A stretch of 64,000 nucleotides of DNA from a bacterium (GCA_963675755.2 CAXXMD010000003.1:1120001-1184000), one strand, 5' to 3'; positions 21,326 to 31,156 are shown, numbered from the stretch's first letter. Numbers and translations: made by a program. The notes: a model not told the origin generated them from the sequence alone.

Positions 21326-22723
21326 TTATTCAGTCAACAGTGCAGATTCCGGAAGTTTAATCCCCAATTCATCCGTCAACTCGAGCACCTTGGAAAGTAT
21401 TCTGGATTCTATATCAGCAGTCCAGGTAGATGGCAGGTCATACACAATCTGTGACTGGGCACCTTCATACCCGCCTTCACGTAAAATCTGAACAGTTGGA
21501 ATGTACGCCATCACATCGTTACAATATCCCATCACAATCGTATTCTCACCAAACATTCGTTTTAACTGGATGGCATAATCCACAACCACCTCACCGCCTA
21601 GCGCGATAAGGGTCTGCTCTCCCATTTGCCAGATCTGAACGGGATAAGGATAGGATTGGGGAATGGGTTGACCTGCATCCAGCTTTTGCACCATTGATTG
21701 TGCCCATCGGCGTTCAAATCCTTTTGTGGAATCCGCGGCCAATTTTTCAAGCAGTTTGCGGTCCGGAAGAGTCGCAAAATCCAGATCAACATATCCAAAG
21801 GTACATTGCAGTTTGGGAGAAATCTCTGCTGCTGGATTTTCGATTACATCCTTGACTGTTGACGCCAATGCTTTACCATACTTTTCGGCAAGCGATACCT
21901 TGCGTCTTGGAAGCGGATTCTGGTCCGCACCACAGCCCTGAAAAAACATGGCAGTGGTTCCGGGAAACATATTCTCCACTTCGATCTGGGCAAACCCCGG
22001 ATAATCTCCGCACCAGTCATATCCGTTCAAAACCGTTGCATGACAGGCATAGCCAAAAACGGTAGCCCGCATATTATCGGGATTATGTATCTGTATAACC
22101 GGTACGGTGTAATCATAGGGGCCTTTCTGATCTTTCTTTTTTGGCAGTTTTTTACCGGACCTGTTGTTCCGGCGGTTAACCGCAAAATCTACAGTGCCCT
22201 GGGAAGAGTGTATGGTAACCGGATTCATATCTTTTAAAGCCCGGCCAATCAATTGTACAATTTGGTCTTCCAGGTGGCGGGAATATTCATCAATTTGCTG
22301 AACATGTTCAAGAGTTGTAGGGTATACTTTATCCAGACTGCTACGGAGTGCCGGTCCGGAATGGGTATGTGAACTGCTCAGTATAATTCGTGATCGGTCC
22401 AACCCATAAAAGATTTCACATTCCTCAAATATCTTGTCCGACATGTTTTTGGGCAAGCCCAGTATATCAATAGTAACAATTACACCCAGATTTCCGGCCT
22501 CATCCTGAACTGCCAGCGCTTTTGCCCACAAGGGATGCAAAGCACCAGTAGCTTCATGCACTCTTGACGAGTATCCTGCCATCCACATTGGGTGCTCGGG
22601 TGTAATATCAATTTTTGCTACTCCAGCCTGCCAACCCAAACTGTCATTAGTTTCTGAAGCCTGAATGCTGAAAGCTAAAAGTGTTAAACAAATTATTGAA
22701 ATTTTGAACATTTGTATTTTCAT
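21326..22723 (-). CDS. Neutral/alkaline ceramidase-like hydrolase
   Basis: GVAKIDITP; SHTHSGP; YACHAT; GDYPG; QGCGADQNP; GGYE. Confidence 0.8.
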   Translation of the reverse strand: MKIQMFKISIICLTLLAFSIQASETNDSLGWQAGVAKIDITPEHPMWMAGYSSRVHEATGALHPLWAKALAVQDEAGNLGVIVTIDILGLPKNMSDKIFEECEIFYGLDRSRIILSSSHTHSGPALRSSLDKVYPTTLEHVQQIDEYSRHLEDQIVQLIGRALKDMNPVTIHSSQGTVDFAVNRRNNRSGKKLPKKKDQKGPYDYTVPVIQIHNPDNMRATVFGYACHATVLNGYDWCGDYPGFAQIEVENMFPGTTAMFFQGCGADQNPLPRRKVSLAEKYGKALASTVKDVIENPAAEISPKLQCTFGYVDLDFATLPDRKLLEKLAADSTKGFERRWAQSMVQKLDAGQPIPQSYPYPVQIWQMGEQTLIALGGEVVVDYAIQLKRMFGENTIVMGYCNDVMAYIPTVQILREGGYEGAQSQIVYDLPSTWTADIESRILSKVLELTDELGIKLPESALLTE

Positions 22724-22771
22724 TTATATACCTGGTGTATAATGATTCTTTTGTTGGTGGCTTTAAAAACA

Positions 22772-22808
22772 ATTGGTGTAAATTTGTGTCATTCGTTTTT
22801 TTCGTGTT
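22772..22808. repeat. Degenerate 9-10-nt periodic repeat relic
   Basis: attggtgta-aatttgtgtc-attcgttttt-ttcgtgtt resembles the (ttcgtg)n arms at 28.8-30.2 kb. Confidence 0.35.
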
Positions 22809-22869
22809 CTATCACTTAGTATCTTAAAACTAACATTTACCCAAACTTTTCAACCAGGATCTCTTCTAT

Positions 22870-23856
22870 TTACTGTATTGGTACATGCTTTTCAAAAAAC
22901 TTTTGCATATAATACAGACAATAATCATTGACCGGTTTGGCAAGATCCATGGTATGCGGCCACCATTTTAAACGATGGTACTCATTTTCTACACCGGCTT
23001 CTTCCAGTTTTTCCTGCAACATATCTGCCTGGCGTATAGGTACCAGTTCATCTTTGGTACCGTGGAACGTCAAGGTTGGTGGATCATCCGGGGTGATATA
23101 GCTAATGGGAGATGCTTTTTTGTATGCATCGGGATTTTCCTCCCATGTCTGTCCAATGAAATTCACTGTTAATTTATGAGTATGCGCGTATTCGGTGGTC
23201 AGGTCTACAGGACCATAAAGGTTAACAATGGCCTGAGGTTTACTGCTGATAGAATCCATATCACAATCAATATCAAAATCAGGAACATCAGATGAATACC
23301 CTACCATCATGGACAAATGCCCACCGGCAGAGCCGCCAATTACCGCAATCTTGTTCGGATCGATCGAGTATTCTGCAGCATGGGCTCGAATCCAGCGGAC
23401 TGCGCATTTTACATCCTCAACCGCAGCAGGAAATGGTGTTTTTAATCGATAAGATATTGTTGCGGTAATATAACCCTGTTGCGCAAAATGGAGTAAATAG
23501 TACAGATAATCTTCTTTTTTACCTTTTCGCCAACCGCCACCATGAATAAAAATCAAAACCGGCTTTGGGCTTTCCAATTTTGCGGGTTGATAAATATCGA
23601 GCCCGAGTGTATCGTCATTAATGGTTTTATAAACAATATCTTTAATCTCGGTAATCTCGTCAGGTACCTGGGGTTCAGTGTTAACCAGTTTCAGCATACC
23701 GGTTGCATACGCGGCTTTTAACATCCACATTGCAGGGTAGCCCTTGGGCTGTTTGGGAGCATCATTGTCATCATCAGAAAAGGCAATTCCAAACATCAAA
23801 AAAATGATCAAAATGGTAACAGTAAAAACTTTTCCCCAAAGATTATTTTGTCTCAA
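22870..23856 (-). CDS. Secreted alpha/beta hydrolase (esterase)
   Basis: HGGGW oxyanion loop; GGSAGG nucleophile; HGTKD; TTG start with GGAGG RBS. Confidence 0.88.
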   Translation of the reverse strand: MRQNNLWGKVFTVTILIIFLMFGIAFSDDDNDAPKQPKGYPAMWMLKAAYATGMLKLVNTEPQVPDEITEIKDIVYKTINDDTLGLDIYQPAKLESPKPVLIFIHGGGWRKGKKEDYLYYLLHFAQQGYITATISYRLKTPFPAAVEDVKCAVRWIRAHAAEYSIDPNKIAVIGGSAGGHLSMMVGYSSDVPDFDIDCDMDSISSKPQAIVNLYGPVDLTTEYAHTHKLTVNFIGQTWEENPDAYKKASPISYITPDDPPTLTFHGTKDELVPIRQADMLQEKLEEAGVENEYHRLKWWPHTMDLAKPVNDYCLYYMQKFFEKHVPIQ

Positions 23857-24011
23857 TTTTCCTCCATATCAGCGATTGGAATATAATGTTGTCAGGTTAA
23901 TAATCTAACCAGAATATCTCTATTTCACAATACAAAAGGGAGACCTGGATCAATAATAGAGAAAATTTGCTTTTTGTAAAAAGAGAGGAATATGAGAATA
24001 TAAAACACAAA

Positions 24012-24048
24012 GGACTATTATATGCAGTAATTATACATATAATAGTCC
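24012..24048 (-). terminator. Stem-loop downstream of the lipoprotein gene
   Basis: ggactattatatg ... catataatagtcc, 13-bp stem. Confidence 0.6.
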
Positions 24049-24073
24049 CAATAGGTATAAAGATTATTAAATA

Positions 24074-25993
24074 TTAATAAATTGCTTTTCTTTTATGGGT
24101 ATATACCAGCTTATCATTGTGATCAAAACACTTGTTCAATGACCTATCAATATATTTTGCACGCATACGATAACCGGGTATTACATTAAATAAATAATCC
24201 GATTCACTAAAATAAATATCTTGTAGCTGCTGATAAGTATCTATCTGAAAATAATCCGTAATTTCAGCAAGCTGTAGTTCAAAGTCACTTACATTAACAT
24301 TTACCAGGTATTCAGAAACCTTTGAAGAAAAAGTCGGAAGTTGATATGTATTCAAATCCGATGGTCCATATACATCCCAATAAATATATGCATCCATTCC
24401 AATATCATATTCTAACCATGTTGAAAAAATTTCATCAAATGAACCACTGGTTTGAATACTGAAATTCTCTGGTGTTGTATTGATATAAGCAAAATCTGCA
24501 TTAATTTGCTCGAAAAATTCAGGAATATCACCAAATGTAGTTTGCCGCCAATAATTATAATTATCCGATATATCATATTCATAAATACTGGTGCAAAAAT
24601 CAGTAAACCTGTCCGACGGATAAACAAGATCAATCTCTTGCGCGGAGATACCAATCAATGACTGACGATCCACACAATACGAGCCCTGATACCGGTCGCC
24701 GGCAATAGGATAACCATACAACCAGCCACGAATACCATTTGTTTCAGAAGGATAAGTAATAGTCGCTGTTTGTGGGTCTTGCAGATTGTTCATGTCTACA
24801 GAATATTCTCCTGGTGATGCGTTATTTAACCATAAATATTTTGGATTGGAATTGTTGATGTCGATTTTAACATACACATCTACCGGACTTTTATATATTT
24901 CATAAATGTATGGATTATATATCTCTCTTGACGTTGACGTCTGATAATTCCACAAAGAAGATACAACAAAGCCTGTATGTTCAGGTACATTACTAAAATT
25001 CATTGTAACATCGCCCTGATAACTTGATTGTTGATCTTCAGGATACACTTTGTATGTCCATGTACTCCCAATGGGATTCTTTAGATTGGTTTCAATATGA
25101 ATATTATCACCTTTAACAACAGTTGTTACAGAAATATACTCAGGATATAACATAAACTCTGATGGAATATCAAAAGTGACTGTTTGCGTACTGGATGTTA
25201 TTTCGGATTCTCCCCATACATTGCCGTTTAAATCGGAAATATAAATAAAGGCCTTTTCCCAGGAATCTATCCATCCGTTTTGAAAATTGGCTTTAAATAA
25301 ATACGTAGGGGTTGTAACCGTTTGTACACTACTGCCATAACCAAGGCCCTCGGTATCCACTACCCATAATACATAATAATACGTATTACCGGGGGTAACA
25401 TTTTCATCAGTAAAGGTTACAGTTGACTGTGAAGAAATGTCCGTATAACTATGGTCATTGATATCATGACTAATATTGGAAGTTGTACGGGTGATGCGAT
25501 AAAAACCAAAATCCGTTGCGGTACTGGCGCTCCAACTCAAGGTCACAGAAGAACCACTATATCCGGAAATTTGGAGTGCTACCGGATCGGGATAAATACC
25601 GGACAACTGAATGTTGACTTGCTCTTCAGCCTGGCTTATATCTTGTGTTGTAGAACCGGAATACTGAACAATATCCGCTGCATCTAAGGCTTCTATTTGA
25701 AATTTACGGGAATTGCCCATGGGCACACTGAGTGTGCCGGTAAAAGTATCTTCTGAACGAGTCATTTCTTTTGTCAATGTGGTCATATCTGATGCGGATA
25801 CCGTAACCACAACCGATGTAATCTCCATGGATTTTGACAGGGAGCGAATTCCGGATAATGACTGCATATTGTCATGAAACAGTATCTGAAAAGAGACTGT
25901 ACTGCTGCCATCATTGACAGACAAGGGTGTCTTTCGGCTGCATGATAATAACGCTAAAGAGATGAATACAATTATAATAAAAATTCTTTTCAT
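24074..25993 (-). CDS. Lipoprotein with a fibronectin type III domain
   Basis: Lipobox LLSC; VTLSW...Y.I.R...FTD..V.PGNTYYY. Confidence 0.7.
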   Translation of the reverse strand: MKRIFIIIVFISLALLSCSRKTPLSVNDGSSTVSFQILFHDNMQSLSGIRSLSKSMEITSVVVTVSASDMTTLTKEMTRSEDTFTGTLSVPMGNSRKFQIEALDAADIVQYSGSTTQDISQAEEQVNIQLSGIYPDPVALQISGYSGSSVTLSWSASTATDFGFYRITRTTSNISHDINDHSYTDISSQSTVTFTDENVTPGNTYYYVLWVVDTEGLGYGSSVQTVTTPTYLFKANFQNGWIDSWEKAFIYISDLNGNVWGESEITSSTQTVTFDIPSEFMLYPEYISVTTVVKGDNIHIETNLKNPIGSTWTYKVYPEDQQSSYQGDVTMNFSNVPEHTGFVVSSLWNYQTSTSREIYNPYIYEIYKSPVDVYVKIDINNSNPKYLWLNNASPGEYSVDMNNLQDPQTATITYPSETNGIRGWLYGYPIAGDRYQGSYCVDRQSLIGISAQEIDLVYPSDRFTDFCTSIYEYDISDNYNYWRQTTFGDIPEFFEQINADFAYINTTPENFSIQTSGSFDEIFSTWLEYDIGMDAYIYWDVYGPSDLNTYQLPTFSSKVSEYLVNVNVSDFELQLAEITDYFQIDTYQQLQDIYFSESDYLFNVIPGYRMRAKYIDRSLNKCFDHNDKLVYTHKRKAIY

Positions 25994-26011
25994 AATTTCC
26001 CCGCTAAATCC

Positions 26012-26905
26012 TCAAGGCAGTGTGGTTATTATGGTTACATTAGAGTTTGTTGTATTATTTTCCGGATCCTCGTCTTTGTTCGAATTCAACAAAAATACGG
26101 TGCCCGCGGCAACAGCAGCCCCGCCAATAACCCAAAGCAGCATTTTACTGCCCTTTTTACTTTCCTCTTTTGCCTGTTTTTCAACCGATGTACCTTTTTC
26201 AAGATATACATCAATATGGTTTTCGCCAGAAACAATCTCTACCTGCTGCTGCCAGTCAGCATACCCATCCATACTGGCGGTAATTGAATGACTTCCTCTT
26301 GACATATTGATGGTTAGCGGCGTAACTCCTGTTTCGTTACCATCAATTGAAATGGATGCACCATACGGATCGGAGTAAATGTTTACAGTTTCTTCAAATT
26401 GCTGTTGAAACCGCTCATTTATCCTTTGTGCAAGATCTTTAACCATAGCTCGCAATTCGGTCTCGTCCTTACAACTTGCATTCTCTGCCATCAATGCTTC
26501 ACCGCTTTCCGCATCCACCAGGCGAATATCCGTTTCAATGAGAAAACTGAATTTTGCCACCGTTCCAAAAACCAAAATGTCTACACCCAGTATTTCGCCT
26601 ATACGCTTTGCGGTCTGTGAGTTTACAGCGCCTGAATACTGGAAAGCCATTTCCTGCATCATGCGGTCAATTTCATTTCGTTCAACAACCTGAAATATAT
26701 TATTGTTGATCAGTTCTGTCATCAACATGCCCGAAACCACCTCACCATATCCCTGCTCTCTTGCAGAGGTATTTGTATTGGTAAAAGGAACAATGGCAAT
26801 GCGCACGTGATCATCCTCCTGCGCAAAAACAATGGCATATTCTCCCAGAACAAATGTAAAAACAAATGATATCAGAATGGTCAGCGACAAGAGTCGTCTG
26901 TTCAT
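26012..26905 (-). CDS. CsgG/FlgO/TolB-N-like domain plus PEGA domain protein
   Basis: IAIVPF; FQVVER..I..; G.ILGVD..V.G.V; PEGA motif S.P.GA.I.IDG..G.TP; C-terminal hydrophobic segment. Confidence 0.75.
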   Translation of the reverse strand: MNRRLLSLTILISFVFTFVLGEYAIVFAQEDDHVRIAIVPFTNTNTSAREQGYGEVVSGMLMTELINNNIFQVVERNEIDRMMQEMAFQYSGAVNSQTAKRIGEILGVDILVFGTVAKFSFLIETDIRLVDAESGEALMAENASCKDETELRAMVKDLAQRINERFQQQFEETVNIYSDPYGASISIDGNETGVTPLTINMSRGSHSITASMDGYADWQQQVEIVSGENHIDVYLEKGTSVEKQAKEESKKGSKMLLWVIGGAAVAAGTVFLLNSNKDEDPENNTTNSNVTIITTLP

Positions 26906-27027
26906 TATAAACCCCTTAATTATTCAAGAAAAGACATATCGTAACCCGGTGATTGTCTTAACATGTTATCAAATTTTTCAGAGCAAGTCAAGAGGAAATT
27001 GAATTTTTCTATCCTAATCGGATTCTG

Positions 27028-28671
27028 CTATTTTTCAGAACGCAGAATATCTTCCAGTGGAATACGCTGAAAAACAAGATCCGCGTGACTACTTTCATAC
27101 AAAATCCCAATGGTCTTTTCATCAACAGAGGTTATGCAGGAATAGCCCCTGCCCCGCCCTTCATCCAGCAGCAGCCAGTGTTCTTTGGGCCAGGTTTCAC
27201 AATCATCAAAACTGACTTTGAGGGTAATATGGTGCCTGCTGTTTCGGTCACTGGGATTCGAAAATAATAACAACTGCTTCTTTTCACCGTTTTCCATATA
27301 GATATGTTTGTGCAGACTTGCCATACATGCCGGTTCAATTAACGCGTTCCGTGATGTTGGGTGCTCAGTCCAGGTTTCACCCAAGTCCTTACTTACAGAT
27401 ACCACACGTCCATTATCTTTACCCATATTACCGCGGTTTCCAGGATATCGCATATTCGACATGATGGAGCCATCGGCCAATTGTACTACCATATTCTCAT
27501 TGGTTTGCGTTCCGGCGAAATTGCTGCTTTTCCAGGTCTTTCCACCATCTTTACTATATGCAATATTTGAAAACGCAGCCCCGCTCTCATCCCGCCCTTC
27601 TCCCGGGAAAACCAAAGTTCCATCATCCAGGGTAATACCGTGACCGGGAGCAACAGTCCATAGCCACCAATCTTTATCTTTGACCATGCGTGTCAGATTG
27701 CGTGACTTGCTCCAGCTCTGTCCGTCATCCGTACTTGTCGTCATTAACAACTGTGCGGTTTGCTTTATATTCCATCCCGGTTGACTGCCTTTACGCCTCC
27801 ACTGGTGCTCCCATGCTGTACTGCTTTCATCCAGACCCTTGATCCATTTCCCGGTTGTATCCAGCACTCCATACATCCATAAGCCGGCTACAAAAATTTT
27901 ATCCGAATTTTTATCCACCAAAATACAGGCATCACTGACGCCGTTATATTTTTGCGGCAGACCACCCCATTCACCCATATCCAAAACTACACGCATGGGC
28001 TCCCAAGTCTGGCCATTATCCGTACTGCGGCTGAGACCGATATCAATATCTCCCTGCAAATCCCGACTGCTCCCACGACGCGCATCATAAATTGCCAGCA
28101 ATGTGCCGCTATTGGTGGTCTCTAATCCGGGAATGCGATAGGTATGCACATTATCATCCATATGGTCACGTACGGAAACACCCAGTCGATGTTTAATTGC
28201 AACCGGATTTGAGTTCTTCCATATGGAACCATCAGCGAATTCAATCTTTTCACAAATGACATAAAAGGTTTGATGCAGATCTGTTTCAGGGTCTAGATCC
28301 ACACAAAGCAGCAGCGTATTGCTGCCGGATTGCAAGGCCAGTTCTCCGTTCATACTCACAGATCCATCAGGATTTGAAATCTCTGCAAACACTCGTGGAT
28401 TTTCAACATCTTCTAACAAGGTATCCGTGCCCAGATACCAGAGCCGGGCGGCTTGGATTTCTTTTCCCTGAATCGAAAATCGCACCGATTTTACTTTCGC
28501 TTCGGTATTAGTCTCAGGCTTAATCAATTGTATCCGGTACACCGGATTATCAGATTTATTGATCAGCACAGGCACCTGCAAAGACCTGGCGAAAACTGTA
28601 ATATCTGTATTAATAGACTGGCAGGATAATGTCAACAGCAGGATTAATAAAAGGGGGAAATACTTTTTCAT
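27028..28671 (-). CDS. Exo-alpha-sialidase, GH33 (lipoprotein)
   Basis: YRIP motif; Asp-boxes S.DNGQTW, STDDGQSW, SKDGGKTW, SKDLGETW; start moved to MKKYF (28671) with RBS. Confidence 0.92.
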   Translation of the reverse strand: MKKYFPLLLILLLTLSCQSINTDITVFARSLQVPVLINKSDNPVYRIQLIKPETNTEAKVKSVRFSIQGKEIQAARLWYLGTDTLLEDVENPRVFAEISNPDGSVSMNGELALQSGSNTLLLCVDLDPETDLHQTFYVICEKIEFADGSIWKNSNPVAIKHRLGVSVRDHMDDNVHTYRIPGLETTNSGTLLAIYDARRGSSRDLQGDIDIGLSRSTDNGQTWEPMRVVLDMGEWGGLPQKYNGVSDACILVDKNSDKIFVAGLWMYGVLDTTGKWIKGLDESSTAWEHQWRRKGSQPGWNIKQTAQLLMTTSTDDGQSWSKSRNLTRMVKDKDWWLWTVAPGHGITLDDGTLVFPGEGRDESGAAFSNIAYSKDGGKTWKSSNFAGTQTNENMVVQLADGSIMSNMRYPGNRGNMGKDNGRVVSVSKDLGETWTEHPTSRNALIEPACMASLHKHIYMENGEKKQLLLFSNPSDRNSRHHITLKVSFDDCETWPKEHWLLLDEGRGRGYSCITSVDEKTIGILYESSHADLVFQRIPLEDILRSEK

Positions 28672-28689
28672 AGAATCCTCAATATTTAA

Positions 28690-28870
28690 ACATATAACAA
28701 GCACAAAGAAAAACAAAATCTTTTTATTTATAAATCAGTTTAATCAACTTTTGTTTAAATACGTTTTTCACATGATTTGAAAAAATGACAACCATGAAAT
28801 CATTATTAGAAATCAAACACCCAACCTGACTTTTTCTTTCTCTTCGTATCCTTCGTGACCTCTAGTTGTT
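28690..28870. mobile_element. Empty (ORF-less) degenerate repeat-bounded element, copy A
   Basis: Shares agaaaaacaaa, tcagtttaatcaact (15/15) and ccaacc.ga.ttt(t)ctttctcttc.t...ctt.gtg.cctcta with 30975-31107; ends in a (cttcgtg)n arm. Confidence 0.5.
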
Positions 28871-28889
28871 TTTTTCTCAACCAAATCCA

Positions 28890-28918
28890 AACCACAAAGA
28901 ACACGAAAGACACGAAGA
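28890..28918 (+). repeat. Left arm of the GxxExxY element
   Basis: accacaaagaacacgaaagacacgaag, 9-nt period. Confidence 0.85.
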
Positions 28919-28924
28919 AAAAAA

Positions 28925-29296
28925 TTATAGAACATATCTCTTAATTCCATCTTTGAGCAGTTCTACATTAAAATTTATCAACAAACCCGTAGAAATCTTG
29001 GCAAGCTTCATATACGTTAAAAGTTGAGCTTGATGAATAGGCTTTATAAAATCAACCGATTTCAATTCTATAATTAACTTATTTTTTACCAATAAATCAA
29101 TTCTAAATCCACAATCCAATTTTACACCTTTATAAATAATTGGTATGGATTTCTGAACCTCAAATGGAATTTCCGCCAGGGCAAATTCTCTGGCTAAACA
29201 TTGTTCATAGGCAGATTCAAGCAATCCCGGACCCAATGTTTTATGTACATTTATAGCACAACCAATAACCTTGTTTGACAATGAATCAAAATTCAT
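28925..29296 (-). CDS. GxxExxY protein (PD-(D/E)xK nuclease fold)
   Basis: LGPGLLESAYE; RIDLLV...IIELKS; AQLLTYMKL; GLLINF. Confidence 0.95.
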   Translation of the reverse strand: MNFDSLSNKVIGCAINVHKTLGPGLLESAYEQCLAREFALAEIPFEVQKSIPIIYKGVKLDCGFRIDLLVKNKLIIELKSVDFIKPIHQAQLLTYMKLAKISTGLLINFNVELLKDGIKRYVL

Positions 29297-29358
29297 AAAC
29301 TCCCCCTCTGAGTAATTATATTATACGATAGAAATCAAGTCTGATTGTTTTGCTTTTC

Positions 29359-29386
29359 CTTCGTGTTCTTCGTGAACTTTGTGGTT
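29359..29386 (-). repeat. Right arm of the GxxExxY element
   Basis: cttcgtgttcttcgtgaactttgtggtt; 24/28 match to the reverse complement of the left arm. Confidence 0.85.
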
Positions 29387-29405
29387 CTATAAACATTTAA
29401 TAATT

Positions 29406-29433
29406 GACCACGAAGGACACGAAAGTCACGAAG
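29406..29433 (+). repeat. Left arm of the second (cargo) element
   Basis: gaccacgaaggacacgaaagtcacgaag. Confidence 0.85.
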
Positions 29434-29440
29434 AATTCTT

Positions 29441-30121
29441 TTAAATAATTATATCAGATATGTCATAATTATAATCTTTAATCTTTATAAGATTTAAATT
29501 CCAAATAATAAATAAAACATCAAACTCAACTTTATTCCTTTTTAGTAATGTAAATAATTGTTCCATTCCTATCCTTATATCAATTGGAACGACAGGAACA
29601 TTACTATATATCAACAACCAATTGTATGTAAACAAATTATAATTCTTAAATTTTTCAGTCTTATTTATTATAGTTTCATGAATACACTTTGCCCAATCAA
29701 TTTCCGGTTGTATACCACATGAAGGCAAACCTATTAATCTTTTTTGGCTTGAATCCAAAGATTTGATTATCTCATCATTCTTTTTCGAATTATTTTTGTT
29801 ATTTAATGTAGGTTCCAAAATTCCTTGTGGATGCCTTTTCTTCAATATAGACAAAGCTCTTTTATATTGCTCTGTACTTGCTTCAGTAAATTCAATTCCA
29901 ATTGAATATCCATTAAACCTTATTTCAAAATCTGATTTGTCGTGATGAACAATTTCAAAAGGATAATTTATTATTGGACACTTTATTATATTTGCTAATA
30001 GACGTACTAATGCCCATTTTTCTACATCTTTCTTTTTGTTACCATTCTCATGGTTATGAATAAGTTTATATTTTTGAATAAATATATTCAAATCTTTATT
30101 ATTTATTAAATTGTATTCCAT
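29441..30121 (-). CDS. Very AT-rich hypothetical protein, possible PD-(D/E)xK-like fold
   Basis: 226-aa ORF; DKSDF...IGIEFTE motif; lies between repeat arms. Confidence 0.6.
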   Translation of the reverse strand: MEYNLINNKDLNIFIQKYKLIHNHENGNKKKDVEKWALVRLLANIIKCPIINYPFEIVHHDKSDFEIRFNGYSIGIEFTEASTEQYKRALSILKKRHPQGILEPTLNNKNNSKKNDEIIKSLDSSQKRLIGLPSCGIQPEIDWAKCIHETIINKTEKFKNYNLFTYNWLLIYSNVPVVPIDIRIGMEQLFTLLKRNKVEFDVLFIIWNLNLIKIKDYNYDISDIII

Positions 30122-30166
30122 TTTTAAATATATAATTTTTTATCCATAAACATTGAAAAATATTTC

Positions 30167-30194
30167 CTTCGTGGTCTTCGTGACCTCTGTGGTT
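30167..30194 (-). repeat. Right arm of the second element
   Basis: cttcgtggtcttcgtgacctctgtggtt. Confidence 0.85.
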
Positions 30195-30234
30195 ATCTTT
30201 GTTTTTTATAAAATCAAAATTTAAGCTGGAATTC

Positions 30235-30831
30235 CTATATCGAAAACACCAAACCTGTTTTGATTTTCAGAGTTGACTTTTTTTCATAATCATCTATATC
30301 ACGAACACCATATTCGGTATGAATACGAAATCCAATCGAATATTTGGAGACTTGCTTTTGAATGAGCATTGATCCCGAAATAAACCAAAAGGCTTCACCC
30401 CAATAACCATGTTCATCACTCCCGCATTTCTCTTGTGAATAGCCTAGTCCAACCTGTGGTAATCCGGTAATATCACCACTGACCGAAAATTGTTTCCCAA
30501 CCAATAATTCGTTTACATTATATGTATACAAGTAATCAACATCCCTGGTATAGTATAACTTTCCTTTCGCGTAATAATTCATAGTCGAAGCATCATGATA
30601 TGCTTTTTCTACACGGAAATGTACATCCAAGTGAGGAATATATACAGGGACTGAAAATCCGAACAAGAATGCACTGGAACCTACATCAAGCTCACAACCA
30701 GGATAAACGGTTATTGTAGGATTGGGTAAATAGCTCATTCCCATTTCAATATTTACAATTTCTGCCTTTAACGGTGAGATTAGAAATAACACAACAAAAC
30801 AACATACAACCAAAACTTTTTTTGAATACAT
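30235..30831 (-). CDS. Putative small outer-membrane beta-barrel protein
   Basis: Signal peptide (A/EIVN); amphipathic strands; C-terminal GLVFSI; paralog of 31176-31772. Confidence 0.6.
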   Translation of the reverse strand: MYSKKVLVVCCFVVLFLISPLKAEIVNIEMGMSYLPNPTITVYPGCELDVGSSAFLFGFSVPVYIPHLDVHFRVEKAYHDASTMNYYAKGKLYYTRDVDYLYTYNVNELLVGKQFSVSGDITGLPQVGLGYSQEKCGSDEHGYWGEAFWFISGSMLIQKQVSKYSIGFRIHTEYGVRDIDDYEKKSTLKIKTGLVFSI

Positions 30832-30974
30832 AACTCCCTCCTGTTTGTACTGCTTTACAATAAAGACTTAAAATTTGGTATAACAATCCCCAAGTTTTAC
30901 TATTTACTAAATATATTATATAAACGGAATGAAACCAATAAATTTTTCAAAATATCTTAAAAAGTAAATTACTT

Positions 30975-31107
30975 TTACAAAGGATACGAAAGGCATACAG
31001 AAAAACAAACTCCATTTCTTGTCTGTCAGTTTAATCAACTACTAATTAACTTTTAAGCATCCAACCAGATTTTCTTTCTCTTCATGGTCTTTGTGTCCTC
31101 TATGGTT
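30975..31107. mobile_element. Empty degenerate repeat-bounded element, copy B
   Basis: Left arm acaaaggatacgaaaggcatacagaa; right arm cttcatggtctttgtgtcctctatggtt; internal matches to copy A. Confidence 0.5.
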
Positions 31108-31113
31108 AGAAAT

Positions 31114-31156
31114 AAAAAAAGCCACAGCACTCAATTTTTAGAATACTGTGGCTTTT
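31114..31156 (-). terminator. Intrinsic terminator
   Basis: aaaaaaagccacag...ctgtggctttt. Confidence 0.75.

Noticed and set aside
28842-30194. Classical integron attC sites or an IS element
   Set aside because: No RYYYAAC/GTTRRRY-bounded attC architecture, no integrase or transposase in the window, and no clear target-site duplication.
28842-31107. CRISPR array interpretation of the ~28-nt repeats
   Set aside because: Copies alternate in orientation, are internally periodic, are irregularly spaced with whole genes between them, and no cas genes are present.
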